This document shows positions 1 to 8,987 of a stretch of 64,000 nucleotides of DNA, in pieces. The position numbers were made by a program, and so were the translations under genes. Positions within the stretch are counted from its first letter, which is position 1. Each line of letters begins with the position of its first letter. This DNA is from Desulfatiglandales bacterium (GTDB taxonomy: Bacteria; Desulfobacterota; DSM-4660; Desulfatiglandales; Desulfatiglandaceae): NCBI GenBank assembly GCA_963662465.1, contig OY759599.1, positions 6,496,001-6,560,000 of the forward strand. The letters run 5' to 3'. The notes beneath the pieces were generated by a model. That model made no database searches. It was not told the DNA's origin and saw only the letters and a program-made list of their open reading frames with translations.

Positions 1-915
1 CTTCAGTTTAATCGTTCGGTGTGGTCTGAGCTCTATGGGGCTTCAAACCTCAAGGAGGTCGCTCGACTTCGCCTGGTGGCCCGTTCAGGGGTTGAATGCG
101 CCATGGCCGTGCTTTCAGAAGACGGAAAGCAGAATAATGTGGATACCCTTCGGGAACCCTGGGCCCAATCCAGGTCACTGTCCCTGCAATCGGCCGCCCT
201 GTTTGAAGAAGGACATTTTATGGTGGATATTTCGGACCTCTCTGGAAAGATTCAAATCAATCCATTGCTTGATGAGAAGGGAAACTGGCGCCCGGCTCAA
301 AGAGATCTGTTTCAGCGGTTTCTCCTTTCAGAACCTTTTGGTCTTGAATCGGATGAGGTTGAAGACCTGATGGATTTTATCAAAGACTGGCTTGACCGGG
401 ATGACGCCGTAACCCGTTTCGGCGCCGAATCCGGCTATTATCAGAGCCTGGAGACGCCTTATGCCTGCAATAATGGCCCTGTAACGTCGTTGGGCCGCTT
501 GACCCTGATCAAGGGTATGACGGAAGAACTGCTTTACGGCACCACTGAAAAACGGGGAATTCTGCCCTATCTCAGTGTTCATGGGGACGGTAAAATCAAC
601 ATCAATACGGCGGGGCCTGTGGTCCTGCAATCCCTTTCAGGGGAATTGAATGAGGATATGGTCCGAGACATGATCGCTTATCGGGAGGATCCCACAAATG
701 ATCTGGCTGAACCCACATGGTATCAAAAGGTGCCGGGGATGAGCCACATTGTTTTTGACGCAGATTTGGCGACCACCGAAAGCCATTATTTTGACATCCG
801 GTCAACGGGCGTTCTGGGGGCCATGGAACAGCATCTCAGCGTGTCGGTATTTCGGGAGGCGGGAAAGCCCATTTCAATTCTGCAATGGAAAGCCGGCTCG
901 GAGGATCCGAAATAA
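1..915 (+). CDS. gspK: Type II secretion minor pseudopilin GspK (5'-truncated by window edge)
   Basis: Frame open from base 1; motifs ISDLSGKIQIN, IKDWLDRD, GAESGYY, KININTAGPVVL typical of GspK; directly upstream of gspL-M-N. Confidence 0.9.
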   Translation, partial: LQFNRSVWSELYGASNLKEVARLRLVARSGVECAMAVLSEDGKQNNVDTLREPWAQSRSLSLQSAALFEEGHFMVDISDLSGKIQINPLLDEKGNWRPAQRDLFQRFLLSEPFGLESDEVEDLMDFIKDWLDRDDAVTRFGAESGYYQSLETPYACNNGPVTSLGRLTLIKGMTEELLYGTTEKRGILPYLSVHGDGKININTAGPVVLQSLSGELNEDMVRDMIAYREDPTNDLAEPTWYQKVPGMSHIVFDADLATTESHYFDIRSTGVLGAMEQHLSVSVFREAGKPISILQWKAGSEDPK

Positions 916-2363
916 TGCGTCCGAACGTCACGGGCATCGATATCAACGACGATTTTTTGACCGCTGTTCAGGTCATTAAGGGGTTCGGTGGGTGGGAACT
1001 CACGGCCTGCGCCCGGATTCAACTGGAAGAGGATGACGGCCTGACCTCGGCGCTTAAGTCTCTCTCCGAATCCATGAACCTGAAGGGGGGAGAATGTATT
1101 GTTTCCATTTCGGGGGCTGGAACATTTTATCGAAATCTGGTGGTTCCCTTCAAGGACAAAAAGAAACAGCGGGAAGTTCTCCCCTTTGAATTGGAACCCT
1201 GCGTCCCCTTTCCCATAGATGACCTGGTGGTTGATTTTTTTTCCACGAATCGGTCCAATAAACCGGAACTTCTGGCGGTTTTTGCCGAGAAGCGGGTGAT
1301 CGGAGCGTTGCTGGACACCTTTCAGGAACAGGGCATCGATCCTGAATTTCTGTGCGTTCGGTGTGTTCCCATGGTCCTATGGCTGCTAAGCCGTGCGGGG
1401 GCGCCGAACAGCGGTATTCTGTTGGACCTGGGAGAAAAAAGAGCGACCATGGTGTTGTGGGAAAACCAACAGATTGTATTGATACGCAGTTTTGTCCATG
1501 GTCTTGATCTCATGCGTTCTCCTGAACCTGCGTCTGGGTGCCAGGCCCTTTTGGATACCGTACGCCATACGATCCATGCCTTCGGTGTCGGGCGAAATGG
1601 GGTCGTGTCTCCCGAAAAGGCGTTCCTGACGGGAGCGGGCGCGACATTGACGGCGGTATCGCAGTTTGTAACGGGGATTCTGGGGGTTCCGACCGAAAGG
1701 CTTGATTTGTGCGAAGATACGCGGGTGCAACTGGGGGAGCATGCGGCGCCGGGGTGGAATCCTTCCCTCATGGACGGCGCCCTTTCCCTGGCATTGGCGA
1801 ATTCCGTAAAGGGATTGGGGCTAAATCTCAGGAGAAATGAATTTGAGATCAAAAAACGATCGCTTTATCGTTCAAAATGGTTTCGAAAAGCAGGGGCCTG
1901 GGCTTTGGTGATCGTTGCGCTCTGGACCGTTGATATGGGGGCGGAGGCCTACCTGCTGAAACAGCGCCTGGCGGTCCTTGACGGACGGATTCTGGCGGTG
2001 TTCAAAAAAACATTTCCCCATGTCTCCCGCATCGTGGACCCCGTCAAACAGGCGCAGATAGAAGTCAATGAGCTGAAACGCACCTCTGCTCCGGGCCAGG
2101 TAGCCGGGATGAGGGGCAAGGCCCTTGATTTGTTGCTGGAAATTTCCGAGCGTCTTCCCGATTCCATGGATTTGCGGGTGTCGCGCCTGGTACTCGATCC
2201 CCTTTCCGTAAGAATCAAAGGCGATACGGATACCTATAATACGGTGGACAGGGTGAAGCAGGGCCTTGAGAAATCTTCCCTTTTCAAAACAACGACCATT
2301 AGTTCCGCCAACCTGGATCGGGGAAAAAACAGGGTTTTGTTTGAAATTAATCTGGGTCGATAA
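915..2363 (+). CDS. gspL: Type II secretion protein GspL (PilM-like actin-fold domain, TM, periplasmic domain)
   Basis: ATG at 915 overlaps gspK TAA; N-terminal GIDI, LDLGEKRAT, FLTGAGA actin-like motifs; single TM; operon position. Confidence 0.85.
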   Translation: MRPNVTGIDINDDFLTAVQVIKGFGGWELTACARIQLEEDDGLTSALKSLSESMNLKGGECIVSISGAGTFYRNLVVPFKDKKKQREVLPFELEPCVPFPIDDLVVDFFSTNRSNKPELLAVFAEKRVIGALLDTFQEQGIDPEFLCVRCVPMVLWLLSRAGAPNSGILLDLGEKRATMVLWENQQIVLIRSFVHGLDLMRSPEPASGCQALLDTVRHTIHAFGVGRNGVVSPEKAFLTGAGATLTAVSQFVTGILGVPTERLDLCEDTRVQLGEHAAPGWNPSLMDGALSLALANSVKGLGLNLRRNEFEIKKRSLYRSKWFRKAGAWALVIVALWTVDMGAEAYLLKQRLAVLDGRILAVFKKTFPHVSRIVDPVKQAQIEVNELKRTSAPGQVAGMRGKALDLLLEISERLPDSMDLRVSRLVLDPLSVRIKGDTDTYNTVDRVKQGLEKSSLFKTTTISSANLDRGKNRVLFEINLGR

Positions 2364-2366
2364 ATA

Positions 2367-2888
2367 ATGCAGTTAGGAAAACGGGAAAAATTTTCTTTGT
2401 GGCTGGCAGCTTTTGCGCTGACAGTTTTCTGTCTTCTTCAGTTTGTTGTCTTTCCCATGGCGGAAAATCGTAAACGTCTGAGACGGAGCATCCTGGCCAA
2501 AGAGACCGGTTTGAAGGAAATGGTTCGGCTGTCCGGAGAATATGCGGCCCTGGGACGACAATCACAGACCGTGGAAAGCGTTATTAAGGGGCGGACACCC
2601 GGTTTTACCCTTTTCTCTTTTCTTGAAAAAGCCGCGGGAGAGGCCGGCGTCAAACGCCATATTAAATATATGAAACCCTCTTCTTCAAAGGGTGAAGGTC
2701 CGTGGAAGGAAGCAATGGTGGAGATGAAACTGGATAAAATATCCCTGAAACGGCTCATGGAGTACCTGTATCTTATTGAATTGTCTAACAAAGCGATAGA
2801 TGTCAAACGGTGCGCCGTAACCGAAAACAAAGGATTGACCGGCGCACTGGATGTGGTTTTGCAGGTGGTTGCCTTTGAGTCGCCTTGA
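2367..2888 (+). CDS. gspM: Type II secretion protein GspM
   Basis: N-terminal REK + TM helix, coiled coil, ISLKRLMEYLYLIE motif; position after gspL. Confidence 0.8.
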   Translation: MQLGKREKFSLWLAAFALTVFCLLQFVVFPMAENRKRLRRSILAKETGLKEMVRLSGEYAALGRQSQTVESVIKGRTPGFTLFSFLEKAAGEAGVKRHIKYMKPSSSKGEGPWKEAMVEMKLDKISLKRLMEYLYLIELSNKAIDVKRCAVTENKGLTGALDVVLQVVAFESP

Positions 2889-2889
2889 G

Positions 2890-2924
2890 AAGTGAAAAGT
2901 GAAAAGTGAAGAGTGAAGAGTGAA
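2890..2924 (+). repeat. Heptamer tandem array (RAGTGAA)x5 at the gspM/gspN junction
   Basis: aagtgaa aagtgaa aagtgaa gagtgaa gagtgaa; gspN GTG (2920) lies inside the last unit. Confidence 0.95.
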
Positions 2925-3798
2925 GAAGCGTTTTAAATTTCTGGGTTATGGGCTTTATGCTGTCCTGGTGACGGTGGCCTTGCTCTATTATCGATTTCCA
3001 TCGGATGCGATTAAACAACACCTGATTCAAGTGGTTGGTCGGATGGAACCCGGGGTCATTCTTTCGGCCCGGTCTCTTCATCCGTCGTTTCCGCCGGGAT
3101 TGCAGTTGCTGGAACCTGTTTTTTCCCTGAAAGAACGTCCTGAAACAGCCGTTTTCAAAGCGGAACATCTGTTGGTGAGTCCCGGAATCGGATCGTTGTT
3201 TTGGGGGAGAGTTGCCTGGTTCTTTGACGCCGACGCCTATGGCGGTATTATCAGCGGCCGTATCCAGCTTGGGAAGCGCGGTGAAATGGCCGATCTTTCC
3301 GTGTCCCTTAAGGATGTTCGCATTCATGAATATGGGTTTCCGCCCGACTTGGGCATTGGCGATTTGACGGGAAATCTCAAGGGGGACGTGACCTATAGCG
3401 GACTCATGGACCGGCCCATAACGGGGGTCGGGAACGGAGATATTCTTATTTCAGAAGGGAAAATTGATCTTTTCCACCCGTTTCTGGGTCTTGAAACTAT
3501 CCCTTTTGGAAAATTACGCGCCCAATTGACCCTGAAAAAAGGGATTGTCAATTTGATCTCGATTTCCCTTGATGGAAAAGGATTTCAGGGAACGCTCTCC
3601 GGAACCATCCATCTTAATCGGATGATAGCCCGCAGTCGGCTCAATTTGAAGGGGACCATCGAACCGTTTGCGGCTTACCTCGGGACCTTGAAAGGGGGCC
3701 CGGCACTGCTGAGCCTTTTTCAGGGGGGACGAAACGACCTGAAACGTTCCTTCGTCATTCAGGGTACCTTTATGTCGCCGAAATTTCGGTTTACATAG
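2920..3798 (+). CDS. gspN: Type II secretion protein GspN
   Basis: N-terminal TM ending YYRFP, beta-rich AsmA-like body with AYGGIISG; deltaproteobacterial gene order. Confidence 0.75.
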   Translation: MKKRFKFLGYGLYAVLVTVALLYYRFPSDAIKQHLIQVVGRMEPGVILSARSLHPSFPPGLQLLEPVFSLKERPETAVFKAEHLLVSPGIGSLFWGRVAWFFDADAYGGIISGRIQLGKRGEMADLSVSLKDVRIHEYGFPPDLGIGDLTGNLKGDVTYSGLMDRPITGVGNGDILISEGKIDLFHPFLGLETIPFGKLRAQLTLKKGIVNLISISLDGKGFQGTLSGTIHLNRMIARSRLNLKGTIEPFAAYLGTLKGGPALLSLFQGGRNDLKRSFVIQGTFMSPKFRFT

Positions 3799-3841
3799 GC
3801 AATAGGCGATAGGGCCCATCGCCCATTTTTAATAGGAACTT

Positions 3842-4687
3842 ATGACCAGAGTTGCCAACATCCTGTTCAATCTTATGGCCCTGTCCATTGCCGTTTATCT
3901 CGGCGTGGATATCTTCTACCGGTTTGTGGATGTGCAATTAATGCCTGCAAAATCCGTGGAAATGGCGGCAGGGGCAGCTCCGGACCGGGTCCTGGAAAAG
4001 CTGCCGCTCCTGGCCCATTATGGAAAAATCAGCGAACGGGGGCTGTTGGGTGGTCCCGTAAAAGGGGGCATCGAAGCGGAAACGGAAGAAATGGGCGAAG
4101 AACAGATCGCGGCTCTTAAACCCACCAGTCTGGGCATCGTTTTGCTGGGGACGGTTTCTGGTCCTGAACGGGTTGCTTTTGCCGTGATGGAGGAAAAAGG
4201 GAAAAAAATGCAGGGCCTTTACCATACCGGAGACAAGGTTCAAGGCGCCCTGATTAAAAAAGTCTTGAGGGGCAAGGTGATTCTTGAGGTTAACGGGAAA
4301 GATGAAATCCTTGAAATGGAACAGACCAAAACCGGAAAAGGGGCAACCGCCGGGAACCGGAGCCATGGGGACACCATTACCGTTGCTCACGATGATCTTC
4401 AAAAGTCACTGGGTAACATCAACTCCCTCCTGACGCAGGTTCGTATCCGCCCTTTCATCAAAAATGGTCAGCCGGACGGACTGATGCTCTCCCGCATAAA
4501 GGCGGACTCGATTTTTTCCAAGCTGGGCCTTAAGAATGGGGATGTGGTCAAAAAAATAGACAACCAGTTGATCAAAAGCCCCGATGACGCTTTTGCATTT
4601 TACAACCGACTCAAGTCCGGCGCCGAGCTTTCGCTGGAAGTCGCCCGGGGAAGCGAAACGAGAACCCTTAATTACCATTTCAAATAG
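3842..4687 (+). CDS. gspC: Type II secretion protein GspC with C-terminal PDZ domain
   Basis: TM, HR domain (LLGTVSG...YHTGDKVQGA), PDZ (SIFSKLGLKNGDVV). Confidence 0.88.
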   Translation: MTRVANILFNLMALSIAVYLGVDIFYRFVDVQLMPAKSVEMAAGAAPDRVLEKLPLLAHYGKISERGLLGGPVKGGIEAETEEMGEEQIAALKPTSLGIVLLGTVSGPERVAFAVMEEKGKKMQGLYHTGDKVQGALIKKVLRGKVILEVNGKDEILEMEQTKTGKGATAGNRSHGDTITVAHDDLQKSLGNINSLLTQVRIRPFIKNGQPDGLMLSRIKADSIFSKLGLKNGDVVKKIDNQLIKSPDDAFAFYNRLKSGAELSLEVARGSETRTLNYHFK

Positions 4688-4690
4688 ACT

Positions 4691-6247
4691 ATGTATTCGA
4701 CTTTTTTTGGATTTAAGGAACATCCCTTCAACCTGACGCCTGACCCCCGGTATCTCTACTTGAGCCGGTATCACCGGGAGGCGCTGGATCACCTGCTCTA
4801 TGGCATTAACCAGCGAAAGGGGTTTATTGCCATTACGGGGGGGGTGGGCACCGGTAAAACCACGCTGTGTCGTGCCCTGTTGGATCATCTGGATGCGTCT
4901 TGCAAAAGTGCGCTCATTTTCAGTTCTTTTGTTTCGGATATGGAAATTCTGAGGTCTATCGCCCATGAGTTCGGCATCACCATTCCCGTGGAAACGGAGA
5001 GCAAAAACGCCCTGCTGGACGCCATCAACGATTTTTTGCTGCAAGTTTTCAGGGAAGGGGGCAACGCGCTTCTTTTGATCGATGAGGCCCAGAACCTTTC
5101 ACGAACGGTCCTGGAGCAGATTCGAATGCTTTCCAACCTGGAAACGGAAAAGGATAAACTCATCCAGATCGTTCTGGTGGGCCAATCGGAGCTGAAAAAT
5201 GTTCTCTCAGCCCATTCAATGAGACAGCTGGACGATCGCATCACCGTGCGCTATCATTTGAAGCCCCTGGATCGAAAAGACGTTCAGGGGTATGTGGAAC
5301 ATCGTCTGGTGGTGGCGGGGGGACGGGGAGACGTCCATTTCTCCGATGGGGCCTTCAAGCGAATCTACGCCTATTCAGGGGGCAATCCAAGGCGGATCAA
5401 TGCGGTTTGCGACCGGGCGCTTCTTCTGGCGTATACCGCTGAAAAACGGAACATTTCAGGGAAAATGACGGCCAGGGCGATTCTGGATCTTCGCGGCGGT
5501 GTGGATGAGGACGGACGCCGCCCAGCCGGTGGAATGCAATGGCTCCGGGGAAAATGGATTCCGCCTGCGATTCTTGTTTTTATGATGGCGGCCGGCATTG
5601 CCCTATGGTCTTTCGGGGGGAATATCTTTTTGTCGGCGTCCAATGGGCTGTCAGTGGCCCATTCCGTTAAATCCGTTACGGTCCCGTCAACCCATTCCCT
5701 CTTTCTGACGAAAAAAGAGAGCATTGCCGCTCTGTTTGATCTGGCGGAAGGGGCCATATCCCCGGAAGGTGAGGGTGGCGGCGCCCATATGGGCCTGGTG
5801 TCATTTCCTTTGGCGGCCGAATATTTTATGATGTTGAAAAAGCCTTTCAGAATTGAAACGTCAGTCAGTGGGAACGATGGGCAGTTTCGCTATCTTCTGA
5901 TTCATCACGTAACGCCGGGCGGCGCCGTTGCTTTGGATGTGGACGGCAATCAGAGGGAGCTTACGCGGGATTTCATTTTGAAACATTGGGGTGGTCAGGT
6001 CGCGTGGGTGTACCCATACGGCGACAACAGCCTTTTTTTGAAACAGGGAATGCGGTCTTCGAATGTCCTTGCCGTTCAAGAAGTGTTGCGGGATTTGGGG
6101 TACCTGGCGACCCCCAACGGCATTTTTGATCACCAGACCCATGGGGAAGTCAAAAAATTTCAGGATGATTTCGGTCTTAAGGCGGACGGCGTGGTGGGTT
6201 CGAGAACCCTGGCCCTACTTTACCAGATGGCGGATAAACCCATATGA
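4691..6247 (+). CDS. exeA: ExeA/GspA-family AAA ATPase with C-terminal peptidoglycan-binding domain
   Basis: MYSTFFGFKEHPFNLTPDP start, Walker A GGVGTGKT, Walker B LLIDEAQNL, PRRINAVCDRALL, TM, VKKFQDDFGLKADGVVG. Confidence 0.88.
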   Translation: MYSTFFGFKEHPFNLTPDPRYLYLSRYHREALDHLLYGINQRKGFIAITGGVGTGKTTLCRALLDHLDASCKSALIFSSFVSDMEILRSIAHEFGITIPVETESKNALLDAINDFLLQVFREGGNALLLIDEAQNLSRTVLEQIRMLSNLETEKDKLIQIVLVGQSELKNVLSAHSMRQLDDRITVRYHLKPLDRKDVQGYVEHRLVVAGGRGDVHFSDGAFKRIYAYSGGNPRRINAVCDRALLLAYTAEKRNISGKMTARAILDLRGGVDEDGRRPAGGMQWLRGKWIPPAILVFMMAAGIALWSFGGNIFLSASNGLSVAHSVKSVTVPSTHSLFLTKKESIAALFDLAEGAISPEGEGGGAHMGLVSFPLAAEYFMMLKKPFRIETSVSGNDGQFRYLLIHHVTPGGAVALDVDGNQRELTRDFILKHWGGQVAWVYPYGDNSLFLKQGMRSSNVLAVQEVLRDLGYLATPNGIFDHQTHGEVKKFQDDFGLKADGVVGSRTLALLYQMADKPI

Positions 6248-6855
6248 GCTACATCCATGAGGCGCTGAAAAAAGCCCAAGATGAACGGGACCTGGGAAAA
6301 GGCTCGTACGCCGGAATAACGGCTCCCCAGGGGAAAAAGCCTCGCGTCGCCCTTCGCAAAACCATTTTGTGGGCTATTCTTGTGTTGATGGTTCTGCTTG
6401 CTTTTGCGGCCTATTCATGGTGGGATCTGAAAAAAATAGGGACGAATCATTATTCGCCCGTGCCGGAAAGCGCTGCGGCATGCTATGAAAAGGCGAGAGC
6501 GTTTAACCGGGAAGGTCGTTTGTCGGACGCCGGAGCATGGTATGAAAAGGTCATCGCCATGGACCCGGGCCATGTTCAGGCGCTCAATAACCTGGGTGTA
6601 CTCCGCCTTCATGAAAAGGACTACCCGGCAGCCCGAAGATGTTTTGAAAAAGCAAGCCACTTGAAACCCGATTATGTGGATCCCTATTACAACCTGGCCT
6701 GTGTTTCCGCGGTCACGGACCAGGCGGATCAGGGGCTTCGATATTTGGAAAAAGCCATTTCCCTGGATCCGAATGTTAGGGAGTGGGCGCGAAAAGATCC
6801 GGATCTGGATGCGTTGAGAGAATCGGTTTTGTTCCGGGAGATGGTTGGTAAGTGA
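6244..6855 (+). CDS. ExeB/GspB-like membrane-anchored TPR protein
   Basis: MSYIHEALKKAQDER is the GspB-type N-terminus; TM; about 3 TPR repeats (ALNNLGV, PYYNLAC); ATGA overlap with exeA. Confidence 0.7.
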   Translation: MSYIHEALKKAQDERDLGKGSYAGITAPQGKKPRVALRKTILWAILVLMVLLAFAAYSWWDLKKIGTNHYSPVPESAAACYEKARAFNREGRLSDAGAWYEKVIAMDPGHVQALNNLGVLRLHEKDYPAARRCFEKASHLKPDYVDPYYNLACVSAVTDQADQGLRYLEKAISLDPNVREWARKDPDLDALRESVLFREMVGK

Positions 6856-6884
6856 AGAGTGAAAAGTGAAGAGTGAAGGGTGAA
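6850..6884 (+). repeat. Heptamer tandem array (RRGTGAA)x5 at the TPR gene/gspD junction
   Basis: aagtgaa gagtgaa aagtgaa gagtgaa gggtgaa; supplies the TGA stop at 6853-6855. Confidence 0.95.
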
Positions 6885-6900
6885 AAAAACGAGAGTAAAC

Positions 6901-8979
6901 ATGAAATATCATAAACTGTTATGCTGCTTTTTTGTTGCTTTGCTGGGAGTAGGGTTCTTTTTGATGCCCTCGTCGGTTTTGGGTGCTCGCGTGACGGGGG
7001 AAGATGGCGTCATCCCTGCCGTTCCTCAAAGCGCATCAGCAAAGGAAAAACCTGTTTCAGTTTCTCCTTCGCCCCTGAAGGGATCGGTCGAGGCCCAAAA
7101 GGAACACGCGCCGGAACCGGATGAATCGGAAGCTGCTGTGACTATCGATTTCGATCAGGTGGATATTCCCATTTTCATCAAATTTATGAGCGAATTGACC
7201 GGAAAGAATTTCGTCATCGACAAAGGCGTCAGGGGCAAGGTGACCATTATTTCCCCCAACAAAATCAGCGTGGATGAGGCTTACAGGGTCTTTGAATCGG
7301 TGCTTGAGGTTTATGGCTATACCACTGTGCCCTCAGGCAACATCATCAAAATCGTTCCCGCGGTAAGCGCTCGCACCATGAGCGTGGAAACCCGATTGAA
7401 GAAAGGCGCTCTGGACCCGGGCGATAAAGTGGTTACCCAGTTGATTCCCCTGCGGTATGCGGACCCTGATGATCTGAAAAAACTGTTTGCACCGTTTATC
7501 AGCAAAAGCAGCGTCATGGTGTCCTATTCCCCTACCCGAACCCTGATTGTTACGGATGTGCAGTCTAATATCAAACGCCTTTTGAGTATTGCCCACGCCA
7601 TTGATGTGAAAGGTGTGGGTGAGGAGATATCCGTGGTCCCCCTGGAATATGCCACCGCCGGCCCCCTGGCCAAGTCTTTGAATACGGTGTTTGAGCGGCG
7701 GGCCATGAAGCGCAAGGGCAGCGCTGATGAGCAGACCGTCACCAAGATTGTGGCCGATGAAAGGACCAATTCGTTGATCGTGGTGGCATCCGAGGACGAT
7801 TCCGCCAGAATCCGGAAACTGGTGGAACTTCTGGACAAGGAAGCGCCCCGGGGCAAGGGCGACATCCATGTGTTTTATCTGCAGCATGCCAATGCCGAAG
7901 ATTTGACCAAGGTGCTGACCGCCCTTCCGTCCAAAAAATCAAGTGGCGAAAACAAGGGGAAGGCCCCCATCCTTTCCAAGGAAGCCCGGGTTGTGGCGGA
8001 CCAGGCCACTAATTCCCTGGTCATCATGGCGGAAAAGGATGACTATCTGGTGCTGGAAGAGGTTATTCAGAAACTGGATATTCCGCGAATGATGGTTTTT
8101 ATCGAGGCCCTCATCATGGAAGTAAATGTGAATAAGGATTTCAACCTGGGTGTGGAGTGGGAGGGGGTCAAGGATATTTCCTATAATGGGAAGACCGGCG
8201 GGATTTTTGGCGGTTCCAAATCGTCAGATTCGGGTACCCTGGGGCCGATGTTGAGTACTGGAGCGCTTCCCAAAGGCTTTTCCATGGGGGTTATCAGCGA
8301 ACTTATCGAGATCGGCGGCATCAAATTTCCGAACCTGGCGGCGGTGGTGAACGCCTACCAGAAGGATCGGGACGTCCATATCCTTTCTACCCCTCAGATC
8401 CTCACCACGGACAATGAGGAGGCGGAGATCATGGTGGGAAAAAACGTGCCCTACCAGGTTCGTCAGGAAACCACGGATGCGCAGTTGAACTACAGTTCCT
8501 ATGAGTATAAGGACGTAGGCGTAACCCTCAAAGTCACCCCACAGATCAGCCAGGAACGGTTTGTTCGCCTCAATATTCATCAGGAGGTGACCCGGCTGGT
8601 CCAAGATTCCGTTTCGACCTCAGACTCAACGACGCGTCCTGAGACCTGGAAGCGTATGGCCCAGACTACGGTGATCGTCAAGGATGCCAACACTGTGGTG
8701 ATTGGCGGACTGATCGGGGATGAGACCACGAATACCGACTACCAGGTGCCCTGCCTGGGAAATATTCCCCTCGTGGGCTGGCTTTTCAAGGGGACCAGCA
8801 AATATCGGGAACGGACGAACCTCTTTATTTTCCTGACGCCTCGCATTGTCCAGAATCCGGCTGAGGCCAGAAAAATTTACCTGGATAAGAAGGACCAGAT
8901 CGAACGGATTAAGGAAGGGGTTATTAAAATGTACCATAGGACCAAACCCAAACCGCTGGAAGTGAAGAGTGAAAAGTGA
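6901..8979 (+). CDS. gspD: Type II secretion secretin GspD
   Basis: Signal peptide; N0 (IDFDQVDI...VRGKVTIISP), ADERTNSLIV N-domain repeats, secretin motifs ILSTPQILTTDNEEAEI and VPCLGNIPLVGWLFK; start could be GTG 6880. Confidence 0.95.
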   Translation: MKYHKLLCCFFVALLGVGFFLMPSSVLGARVTGEDGVIPAVPQSASAKEKPVSVSPSPLKGSVEAQKEHAPEPDESEAAVTIDFDQVDIPIFIKFMSELTGKNFVIDKGVRGKVTIISPNKISVDEAYRVFESVLEVYGYTTVPSGNIIKIVPAVSARTMSVETRLKKGALDPGDKVVTQLIPLRYADPDDLKKLFAPFISKSSVMVSYSPTRTLIVTDVQSNIKRLLSIAHAIDVKGVGEEISVVPLEYATAGPLAKSLNTVFERRAMKRKGSADEQTVTKIVADERTNSLIVVASEDDSARIRKLVELLDKEAPRGKGDIHVFYLQHANAEDLTKVLTALPSKKSSGENKGKAPILSKEARVVADQATNSLVIMAEKDDYLVLEEVIQKLDIPRMMVFIEALIMEVNVNKDFNLGVEWEGVKDISYNGKTGGIFGGSKSSDSGTLGPMLSTGALPKGFSMGVISELIEIGGIKFPNLAAVVNAYQKDRDVHILSTPQILTTDNEEAEIMVGKNVPYQVRQETTDAQLNYSSYEYKDVGVTLKVTPQISQERFVRLNIHQEVTRLVQDSVSTSDSTTRPETWKRMAQTTVIVKDANTVVIGGLIGDETTNTDYQVPCLGNIPLVGWLFKGTSKYRERTNLFIFLTPRIVQNPAEARKIYLDKKDQIERIKEGVIKMYHRTKPKPLEVKSEK

Positions 8980-8987
8980 AGAGTGAA
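8960..8987 (+). repeat. Heptamer tandem array (RAGTGAA)x4 at the gspD/gspE junction
   Basis: aagtgaa gagtgaa aagtgaa gagtgaa; encodes the last GspD residues (EVKSEK*) and its TGA. Confidence 0.95.
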
